The notes beneath the pieces were generated by a model. That model ran no database searches. It saw only the letters and a program-made list of their open reading frames with translations, and had not been told where the DNA came from. From Anaerolineales bacterium (GTDB taxonomy: Bacteria; Chloroflexota; Anaerolineae; Anaerolineales; UBA4823), in NCBI GenBank assembly GCA_035643335.1, contig DASQQR010000033.1, positions 1 through 28,237 on the forward strand: 28,237 nt of DNA. The letters are read 5' to 3'. Both the position numbers and the translations under genes were made by a program. Below are positions 1 to 7,254 of the stretch, in pieces (positions within the stretch are counted from its first letter, which is position 1; the number at the start of each line of letters is the position of its first letter).

Positions 1-2
1 TA

Positions 3-227
3 CATGCCTTCGCGCGAGTTATGTTCAGTTTGGGGAGTATCTTCCGAAATGGGATCGACAAACCCATTGTGAACGGATTCGGCGACCTGGTCGGCGAAAC
101 CGTCAAACGGCTTGGCAGATCCTTCCGCTTTGTACAGACCGGGCGCGTCCAGCAGTACATGGTCATGGCTTTGGTGATCGCCTTTGGCACCCTGTTCTAT
201 TATCTATTCTTCCTGCTGCAGCCGTAA
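3..227 (+). CDS. nuoL: NADH-quinone oxidoreductase subunit L, C-terminal fragment (5' end outside window)
   Basis: Frame is open from the window edge (HAFARVMFSLG...). It ends in the NuoL-type tail D..IVNG.G...R..QTG.VQQY plus a final TM helix, directly upstream of nuoM. Confidence 0.9.
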   Translation, partial: HAFARVMFSLGSIFRNGIDKPIVNGFGDLVGETVKRLGRSFRFVQTGRVQQYMVMALVIAFGTLFYYLFFLLQP

Positions 228-260
228 GATCCTTGCGAAAAACGAAATTAATTGGAGCGA

Positions 261-1811
261 ATGATGGATCCCATCGCAAACAGATTGCTCACACTCATCC
301 TGTTCTCCCCTACGATCATTGCTGGAGTCCTGCTGTTCTTGCCCTCTGGAGAGAAAAAGCTCCTCCGCTGGGTGGCTTTTATCGGTAGCCTCTTTCCCCT
401 GGCATTCTCGATCACCTTGTGGTTGAGATTTAACTCAGCGCTTCCCGGTTTCCAATTTGAGGAGCAATACATTTGGTACCAGGCAATCAACTCAACCTAT
501 CACCTGGGAGTGGATGGGCTTTCCTTAACGATGGTCCTGCTGACCACATTGCTTACGCCTGTGTCCATCCTGGCCTCTTACAGCATTGAAGATCGAGTGA
601 AATCCTACATGATCTTGTTCCTTCTGCTGGAAACGGGCATGCTGGGCGTGTTCTTGAGTTTGGATCTTTTGTTGTTCTTTGTCTTTTGGGAAGTGGGTTT
701 AGTACCGATGTACTTCCTGATCAACCAGTGGGGCAGCGAAAAAGGAGAACGAGAAATCTGGGGCGGGCGCAAGGTGCAGGCGCGCACTTATGCCTCTTTC
801 AAATTCATGATTTATACCATGGCAGGCTCCTTGGGTTTGTTGCTGGCGATCCAGATGATAGGGGTGGTCTCGGGCACCTTTGATATGCCAGCCCTGTTCA
901 GTAGCTGGACCTCGTTGGACGGAACTTTATTTGGCCTTCCAATCACAACCGTAAAGGCCATTGCATTCTGGGCTTTTACCATCGCCTTTGCGATCAAGGT
1001 CCCTGTGTGGCCGTTCCATACCTGGCTGCCCGACGCGCACACGGAAGCACCCACTGCTGGCTCGATGATCCTGGCAGGAGTCTTGCTCAAACTGGGGGCG
1101 TATGGCTTCTTGCGCCTGGTCATCCCGCTCTATCCACAAGAAGCGAAGTTCTATGCTGGTGCGCTGGCTTTCCTGGCGACCATGGCAATTATCTTCGGCG
1201 CCTTCGCCTCCTACGGACAGGATGACTTCAAACGCCTGGTAGCCTACTCCTCGGTCAACCACATGGGTTTTGTTGTATTGGGGATAGCAGCAGCTGCCTT
1301 TGCTGCAGGTACGGATAACGCCGTGATTGCATTGAATGGCGCCGTGCTGCAGATGTTCAACCATGGCTTGTCGGCGGCCGGGATGTTCTTTCTGGTGGGC
1401 GTGATTTACGAACGGACGCATACTCGCGATTTGAACGAGTTCGGTGGGCTGTTCCCTTTGATCCCAGTCTATGGTGGCATCTTGATTTTTACGTCCATGG
1501 CTTCTTTGGGATTGCCCGGATTGAACGGTTTCATTTCTGAGTTTCTCGTGGTGAGAGGTGCCTGGCCAGTATTTACCGTTTATACCGCTGTGAGCATGAT
1601 CGGTTTGCTCTTCACGGGTGCGTACATCCTTAAGGGTATAAAAAAGACCCTTCATGGACCACTGAACGAGCACTGGATAGGGCATATCGCCGAGATAAAA
1701 ACGCGCGAGGTCATGGTTATTGCTCCTTTGATGGTCCTGATGCTTTGGATTGGGGTATGGCCGGCGTGGATATTGGACGTGATCAATCGAGCTATGTCGG
1801 TGCTGTTCTGA
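261..1811 (+). CDS. nuoM: NADH-quinone oxidoreductase subunit M (copy 1)
   Basis: Highly hydrophobic, with motifs GVDGLS, FWEVGLVPMY, FAIKVPVWPFHTWLPDAHTEAPT, LLKLGAYG, AYSSVNHMG and GLPGLNGFISEF. ATG 261 is preferred over TTG 252 because GGAG lies at 254-257. Confidence 0.95.
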   Translation: MMDPIANRLLTLILFSPTIIAGVLLFLPSGEKKLLRWVAFIGSLFPLAFSITLWLRFNSALPGFQFEEQYIWYQAINSTYHLGVDGLSLTMVLLTTLLTPVSILASYSIEDRVKSYMILFLLLETGMLGVFLSLDLLLFFVFWEVGLVPMYFLINQWGSEKGEREIWGGRKVQARTYASFKFMIYTMAGSLGLLLAIQMIGVVSGTFDMPALFSSWTSLDGTLFGLPITTVKAIAFWAFTIAFAIKVPVWPFHTWLPDAHTEAPTAGSMILAGVLLKLGAYGFLRLVIPLYPQEAKFYAGALAFLATMAIIFGAFASYGQDDFKRLVAYSSVNHMGFVVLGIAAAAFAAGTDNAVIALNGAVLQMFNHGLSAAGMFFLVGVIYERTHTRDLNEFGGLFPLIPVYGGILIFTSMASLGLPGLNGFISEFLVVRGAWPVFTVYTAVSMIGLLFTGAYILKGIKKTLHGPLNEHWIGHIAEIKTREVMVIAPLMVLMLWIGVWPAWILDVINRAMSVLF

Positions 1812-1890
1812 ACTGATTTTGAAAGCATTGCTCGTGAACTCGCTCTTCATAGATGCGCATCGCACTTCTCATTAGATTCCGAGGTGATTA

Positions 1891-3363
1891 ATGCAATTTC
1901 CGATTTTGAGTGTTATCGTCTTCACGCCCATAGTCACGGCTCTGCTGCTCTTGTTGATACCAGGCGAGCGGAAAACTGAAATTCGGGTCACCGCCCTGGC
2001 AGCAGCTTTCTTCGCCGTGTTCCTATCGGCATGGGTATATTTCTCCTATGATGCAGCTGCTGGAGGTTATCAATTTGTGGAGAAATACAACTGGCTGCCG
2101 GTCCTGGGCATTTCTTACCACGTGGGGGTTGACGGCATCAGTGCCCCCCTGGTTCTGCTGACAGGCGTGGTGATGTTCACTGGTGTTTTGATTTCTTGGG
2201 GGCTCGATGACCGCCCGCGGGAGTTCTTCGCATTTCTTTTCATTCTGGCAACCGGTGTGTTTGGGGTATTCGTAGCACTAGACTTGTTCGGTTTGTTCTT
2301 TTTCTACGAAATCGCTGTGTTTCCGATGTTTTTGCTGATCTCTATCTGGGGTTGGAAAGTGACCCGCGAATACGCGGCGATGAAATTGACCTTATATCTT
2401 TTTATCGGATCAGTGGTCGCACTAATTGGCGCCCTGGCGATGTATTTTAGTTCTGGGCTCAATACCTTCGACATGCTGGCCCTGGAACAGGCCAATTTCT
2501 CACCCGCTTTTCAAAGGTTTTGGTTCCCCTTTGTTTTTTTCGGTTTTGCGGTCCTCGGCGGTATCTTTCCGTTCCACAACTGGAGCCCGGATGGTCACGT
2601 GGCTGCGCCGACGGCCGTATCGATGTTCCATGCGGGTGTACTGATGAAGTTGGGGGCTTTCGCTGCCCTGAGAGTGGGCATCATGCTGATGCCGGAAGGG
2701 GCGAGATTCCACCTACCCTGGATCATCTTTCTCACCCTGGTTAACGTGGTTTATGGCGCATATATTGCCATGGTGCAGACCGATTTCAAGTACGTGATCG
2801 GCTTCTCATCCGTGTCCCATATGGGGCTGGTGCTCATGGGCTTCGCCACGCTGACGCGGGACGGATTGATCGGAGCTGGTGTGCAGATGTTCTCTCATGG
2901 AATCATGACGGCGCTCTTTTTTGCTGTTGTAGGGATGGTCTATGATCGAGCGCATACGCGCGAAATCCCCCAGCTGGGAGGCTTTGTCAGGGTGATGCCC
3001 TGGGTTGCGGTAGCTTTTATCATCGGCGGTTTGGTGTCCATGGGCATGCCAGGCTTCTCAGGTTTCATCGCCGAGTTCCCGATTTTTATGGGCTTGTGGA
3101 ACTACAGGCCGTGGATCGCCATCGTGGCAGCAATTTCAATTGTCATCACAGCGTCTTATATCATCCGGGTTATTGGCAGAGTGTTCTTTGGCGATATGCC
3201 CGAAGAGTTTGTTGGCCACATAACCGATGTAACCGTCCTGGACAAGGTTGCTCTGGGAGTGCTGTGCGTGATTTTGGTCGGTGTGGGAGTCTATCCCTCG
3301 GTGATGGTTCCTATTGTTGAGTCAGGCGTCAAGAGCGTGTTGAGCCTGTTCGGAGGTGCCTAG
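1891..3363 (+). CDS. nuoM: NADH-quinone oxidoreductase subunit M (copy 2, divergent)
   Basis: Motifs GVDGIS, FYEIAVFPMF, PFHNWSPDGHVAAPT, LMKLGAF, FSSVSHMG and GMPGFSGFIAEF. RBS GAGGTG at 1881-1886. Confidence 0.93.
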   Translation: MQFPILSVIVFTPIVTALLLLLIPGERKTEIRVTALAAAFFAVFLSAWVYFSYDAAAGGYQFVEKYNWLPVLGISYHVGVDGISAPLVLLTGVVMFTGVLISWGLDDRPREFFAFLFILATGVFGVFVALDLFGLFFFYEIAVFPMFLLISIWGWKVTREYAAMKLTLYLFIGSVVALIGALAMYFSSGLNTFDMLALEQANFSPAFQRFWFPFVFFGFAVLGGIFPFHNWSPDGHVAAPTAVSMFHAGVLMKLGAFAALRVGIMLMPEGARFHLPWIIFLTLVNVVYGAYIAMVQTDFKYVIGFSSVSHMGLVLMGFATLTRDGLIGAGVQMFSHGIMTALFFAVVGMVYDRAHTREIPQLGGFVRVMPWVAVAFIIGGLVSMGMPGFSGFIAEFPIFMGLWNYRPWIAIVAAISIVITASYIIRVIGRVFFGDMPEEFVGHITDVTVLDKVALGVLCVILVGVGVYPSVMVPIVESGVKSVLSLFGGA

Positions 3364-4824
3364 GTGTTTGGCAACATTGATACAACAATGATCCTGGCGA
3401 TTTTGCCGGAAATATTGCTGCTGGTCCTGGCGGCACTTCTGATGGTGCTTGATCTGCTGTGGGATGAAGAAGGTCGCAGGTTCCTGGGTTGGGTCTCGGC
3501 AGGCGGATTGGTCGTCATCCTGGTCGTAAGCCTGGCGGTTGCTCGGCCGGGAGAAGAATCCAGCGGGGTCTGGGGCGGAATGCTCCGGGATGACTGGCTG
3601 GGCTTCGTCTTCAAGATGTTGTTCATCTTCGGGGCAGCGATAACCTCTCTGTTTGCCATGGAAGTTAAGGCTCTGGGGCGGCGAGGGGAGTTTTACTTGC
3701 TCTTGTTGGTTTCCACGATCGGAATGAATTTGATGGCCTCCGCGGGCGACTTAATCATGCTTTATCTGGCCATTGAAACCACTTCCATCCCTCTCTATAT
3801 TTTGGCAGGTTTCTTCAAAACAGATAGTAAATCCACCGAGGCAGGATTCAAGTATCTGCTTTTCGGAGCACTGACTTCAACGGTGATGCTTTACGGCTTC
3901 AGCCTGTTTTACGGCTTTACCGGGACGACAGATATTACCGCTTTGACTCAGACAGTGCTGTCGGGAGAGTTGCCTTTTGGGCTGGTCTTGGGTACGTTAA
4001 TGTTGGTTTTGGTGGGCTTTGGGTTTAAGATATCCGTGGTCCCATTCCATTTTTGGGCTCCGGATGTTTATGAAGGTGCGCCGACGCCCGTAGCCGGCTT
4101 CCTTTCCACCGCTTCCAAAGCGGCGGGTTTTGCGGTCTTGATGCGAGTGCTGTTGGTAGCGTTCCCGGTGGCGGTACCTTATTGGGCGGCAATCCTGGCC
4201 GCACTTTCGACGGCCTCGATGACTCTGGGAAACGCTCTGGCGCTTGCGCAGAGGAACATCAAACGTTTGTTAGCGTATTCCTCGATCGCCCACGCTGGTT
4301 ACGCATTGATTGGTGTAGCAGCTGTCTCCTCTCTCGGTATAGCCGCGGCAGTGTTCTATTTATTGGCCTATGTGATCACGAATTTAGCAGCCTTCGGTGC
4401 AGTAGCTGCCTTTTCGCGAGTTTCGGGTTCGGATGAAATCGCTGATTACGCTGCGCTAAGCCGGCGAGCTCCCGGTCTATCGCTGGTCATGCTGGTTGCT
4501 TTCCTCTCGCTTGCCGGTATGCCGCCGTTGGGAGGCTTCGTGGCCAAGGTTTTTGTCTTCGCGGCGGCGGTTAGATCCAACCTGGTCTGGTTGGCAATGG
4601 TCGGTGTGCTTAATTCGATCGTTGGTCTATACTACTATCTCATCGTGCTAAAGGTAGTTTATCTGTATCGCTCTGAAGATGAAGACAAGCCTGTCCCACT
4701 CACCCGTTCCTATTCGATTGCGCTAGTAGTCCTGGTTGCGGGCATCATCCTGGTAGGAACCGTCTTTGCCCCCTGGTTTGGCTGGTCCAACATTGCGGCG
4801 GCAGCGCTTTTCCCACCCGGATGA
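3364..4824 (+). CDS. nuoN: NADH-quinone oxidoreductase subunit N
   Basis: Motifs LPEILL, STEAGFKYLLFG, GFKISVVPFHFWAPDVYEGAPT, KRLLAYSSIAHAGY and GMPPLGGFVAK. The GTG start abuts the nuoM stop, with GGAGGT upstream. Confidence 0.95.
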   Translation: MFGNIDTTMILAILPEILLLVLAALLMVLDLLWDEEGRRFLGWVSAGGLVVILVVSLAVARPGEESSGVWGGMLRDDWLGFVFKMLFIFGAAITSLFAMEVKALGRRGEFYLLLLVSTIGMNLMASAGDLIMLYLAIETTSIPLYILAGFFKTDSKSTEAGFKYLLFGALTSTVMLYGFSLFYGFTGTTDITALTQTVLSGELPFGLVLGTLMLVLVGFGFKISVVPFHFWAPDVYEGAPTPVAGFLSTASKAAGFAVLMRVLLVAFPVAVPYWAAILAALSTASMTLGNALALAQRNIKRLLAYSSIAHAGYALIGVAAVSSLGIAAAVFYLLAYVITNLAAFGAVAAFSRVSGSDEIADYAALSRRAPGLSLVMLVAFLSLAGMPPLGGFVAKVFVFAAAVRSNLVWLAMVGVLNSIVGLYYYLIVLKVVYLYRSEDEDKPVPLTRSYSIALVVLVAGIILVGTVFAPWFGWSNIAAAALFPPG

Positions 4825-4833
4825 GCGGTCACA

Positions 4834-4863
4834 TTGACGAGTATTAGTGACCTGTGTTACAAT
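4834..4863 (+). promoter_or_regulatory. Sigma70-type promoter for the atp genes (TTGACG-N18-TACAAT with extended -10 TGn)
   Basis: TTGACG at 4834-4839, TG at 4855-4856 and TACAAT at 4858-4863. It lies just after the nuoN stop and 9 nt before ATG 4873. Motif match only. Confidence 0.65.
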
Positions 4864-4872
4864 CTGCCCGCC

Positions 4873-5166
4873 ATGGGCCAGATCGGGGATAAATCTGATC
4901 GAAATCGGGCGCAACGCGCCTTCAACCTGACTCTGGCAGCGGTTGCTGGTCAAGTCGGCTGCTTAACGCTGATCATCTTGTTAGTCGCCCTCTTCGTGGG
5001 CTTGTGGCTCGATAACCGCTTCGATACCCGGCCACTTTTTACAATTATATTGATGATCGGCAGTGTACCCGTGACGTTGTTTATGATGTTCTGGGTAGTG
5101 AGAACCGCGACCTCTAAAATTAAGTCCGGAGCGAATCATGAAACTGACATCCAACAGGAGGATTGA
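4873..5166 (+). CDS. atpI: AtpZ/AtpI-family (ATPase gene 1) small membrane protein
   Basis: Two TM segments with the G.WLD..F.T.P.FT motif, immediately upstream of atpB. ATG 4873 was chosen because the ORF-track TTG start at 4834 coincides with the -35 box. Confidence 0.8.
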   Translation: MGQIGDKSDRNRAQRAFNLTLAAVAGQVGCLTLIILLVALFVGLWLDNRFDTRPLFTIILMIGSVPVTLFMMFWVVRTATSKIKSGANHETDIQQED

Positions 5167-5170
5167 GATC

Positions 5171-6127
5171 GTGGCAGAAAGATTTAAATGGCGTTGGGGC
5201 GTCCATCGTTGGTTCGTCCTTCTATTTATCGTTTTGGGAGTATTTGCCGCCAGAGCGTATCCGCCTGTATTGCCCCATGTAGCACTGCCGGCAGAAAGGC
5301 TGTCCGGCCAGCCATTATTCACTGCACCCGTAATCGGGCCTTTCTACTGGACAAATACTCTGACCGCCATGGTAATCGCTGATATCATCATTATTATTAT
5401 TGCCTTGGTGGTCCGAAGAGCTGCCTTGAGTGGCCAAATGGTGCCCACAGGCTTCTTTGGAGCAATGGAAGCATTTTTCGAGGCGATCTTCAACTTGACC
5501 GAATCCACAGCTGGCAAATGGGCGAAGACGATTTTCCCATATTTTGCTACCATCACCTTGTATGTCTTGTTGGTCAATTGGATGGAATTATTGCCCGGTG
5601 TGGATAGCATCGGTATCATAGAGCACGCCGACGAGGGTGGCCACGCGGTCAGCCAACTTACACCTGGGATAGCAACCATTGTCAAGCAAGACGGAGAATT
5701 TTCTCTGGTCGCCTACGTCCGGGTGCTTTCCACAGATTTGAACTTCACAGTTGGCTTGGCGCTGTTCTCAGTATTTATGACCCAAATTGTTGGATTGCGT
5801 GCTCAGGGCCTCAATTACTTCACAAAATTCGTCAACGTCAAACATGTATTCTCCAGACCAGTTTTTGGGGTCATTGATTTTGGTGTTGGGCTGCTGGAGT
5901 TGGTTTCTGAGTTCTCGAAGATCCTTTCTTTTGGATTTCGTTTATTTGGAAACATCTTTGCTGGATCAGTGCTTCTCTTCGTGATCGGTAGCCTGATACC
6001 AGTGTTCGCCCAGTCGGGCGTGCTCATGCTGGAATTCTTTGTTGGGCTGATTCAAGCGCTGATATTCGGCATGCTCACGATGGTCTTTATGTATCAGGCA
6101 ACTCAGGGGCATGAAGAAGCCCATTAG
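5171..6127 (+). CDS. atpB: F0F1 ATP synthase subunit a
   Basis: Motifs NWMELLPG, STDLNFT, SFGFRLFGNIFAG (essential Arg) and EFFVGLIQALIF. GTG 5171 has AGGAGG at 5156-5161; the alternative in-frame ATG 5138 overlaps atpI. Confidence 0.95.
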   Translation: MAERFKWRWGVHRWFVLLFIVLGVFAARAYPPVLPHVALPAERLSGQPLFTAPVIGPFYWTNTLTAMVIADIIIIIIALVVRRAALSGQMVPTGFFGAMEAFFEAIFNLTESTAGKWAKTIFPYFATITLYVLLVNWMELLPGVDSIGIIEHADEGGHAVSQLTPGIATIVKQDGEFSLVAYVRVLSTDLNFTVGLALFSVFMTQIVGLRAQGLNYFTKFVNVKHVFSRPVFGVIDFGVGLLELVSEFSKILSFGFRLFGNIFAGSVLLFVIGSLIPVFAQSGVLMLEFFVGLIQALIFGMLTMVFMYQATQGHEEAH

Positions 6128-6160
6128 CAAAAATATATTCAAGGAGGCAGAGTCAGTAAC

Positions 6161-6388
6161 ATGGATCCCGAAGCAGCAAAACTTATTGGAGCAGGACTAG
6201 CAATGATCGGAACAATTGGGGCGGGGGCCGGGATTGGCATCGTGGTTAATGGCGCCGTGCAGGGGATGGCGCGCAACCCTGATTCCAGCGGTGTTGTGCA
6301 GACAAATATGATTCTTGGGATTGCATTTGCCGAGGCTGTAGCAATCTACTGTCTGGTGGTTGCACTCTTGATCTTATTCGTTTTCTAA
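6161..6388 (+). CDS. atpE: F0F1 ATP synthase subunit c, probably H+-coupled
   Basis: GxGxGxG motif, ARNP loop and ion-binding Glu58 in AFAEAV. It lacks the Gln and ES/ET residues of the Na+-binding signature. RBS AAGGAGG. Confidence 0.97.
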   Translation: MDPEAAKLIGAGLAMIGTIGAGAGIGIVVNGAVQGMARNPDSSGVVQTNMILGIAFAEAVAIYCLVVALLILFVF

Positions 6389-6428
6389 ACCGGGCTGCGT
6401 TGCCATAACTTAACTAAGGAGAGATCCC

Positions 6429-7166
6429 ATGGAAGCATTAGGCCTGAACCTGGGTTATTTAATTGTTCAGATCTTGAATTTTGGAATATTGGTTGTGGTT
6501 TTGAAGGCCTGGGTATACGATCCTATTTTTAACTTGTTGGAAAGACGTCGAGAAGCGATCGCTCAAGGCCTTGAAGATGCGCGGGTGGCTGCGGAAGCGC
6601 GGGAAAACGCTGAGAAGGAAGCGGAAGACGTCCTGAATGAAGCCCAAGTAAAGGCCAGCCACACAGTACGGGAGGCCACTGAAAGGGCGGAGCAGCAGCG
6701 GCGTGAGATCTTGACGCAGGCTGAGGCGGAAGCTTCCGGGAGGCGGGAGGAGGCGCTTCAAGAGGTGGAACGCGAAAGGGAACGCATTCTAAGCGAAGTG
6801 CGCGGTCAAGTGGCCGCTCTGGCAATGGCCGCGGCTCAGAAGCTGATCGGTGAATCTCTTGACCAGCAGCGTCAACGCGCCCTTATCGACGAATTCTTCT
6901 CTGGCGTTAAATCCGGCAAAGTAGTGGTGTTAGAAGGTGAAAAAATGGCTGGTGCTTCCGCGGTGGTTACAAGTGCCTTGCCGCTCACTGAGGAGGAGAA
7001 AGCATCTGTGAAGGAAGATATCCTTTCTAAGATTGGTGATCAGGCTACGGTTACTTTTCGAGTGGATCCAGCTATCCTCGGTGGTTTGGTCGTGCGCGTT
7101 GGGGATAAAGTCTTAGACGGCTCTGTTGCCGGCAGACTGGAAGAGATGAGCCAGAGGCTTTCTTAG
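6429..7166 (+). CDS. atpF: F0F1 ATP synthase subunit b fused to the C-terminal domain of subunit delta
   Basis: Residues 1-160 are an N-terminal TM plus a charged coiled coil (b). Residues ~177-245 (VTSALPL...VDPAILGGLVVRVGDKVLDGSVAGRL) match the delta/OSCP C-terminal domain. RBS AAGGAG. Confidence 0.9.
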   Translation: MEALGLNLGYLIVQILNFGILVVVLKAWVYDPIFNLLERRREAIAQGLEDARVAAEARENAEKEAEDVLNEAQVKASHTVREATERAEQQRREILTQAEAEASGRREEALQEVERERERILSEVRGQVAALAMAAAQKLIGESLDQQRQRALIDEFFSGVKSGKVVVLEGEKMAGASAVVTSALPLTEEEKASVKEDILSKIGDQATVTFRVDPAILGGLVVRVGDKVLDGSVAGRLEEMSQRLS

Positions 7167-7200
7167 GCCAACGCCGCGTTACTCCATAGGAATTCATAGG

Positions 7201-7233
7201 GACGCCCAGGGTGCTCGCCTCCAGGGCGTCTTT
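7201..7233 (+). terminator. Possible intrinsic terminator after the Fo genes
   Basis: GACGCCC (7201-7207) and GGGCGTC (7224-7230) form a stem, followed by TTTAATATCTTT. The U-tract is weak. Confidence 0.45.
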
Positions 7234-7254
7234 AATATCTTTAGGATCGCGAAT

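Noticed and set aside
927-1865. 312-aa minus-strand ORF
   Set aside because: Antisense shadow of nuoM, with no RBS or recognisable motifs.
4834-4872. TTG-initiated extension of atpI
   Set aside because: It coincides with the -35/-10 promoter boxes and has no RBS.
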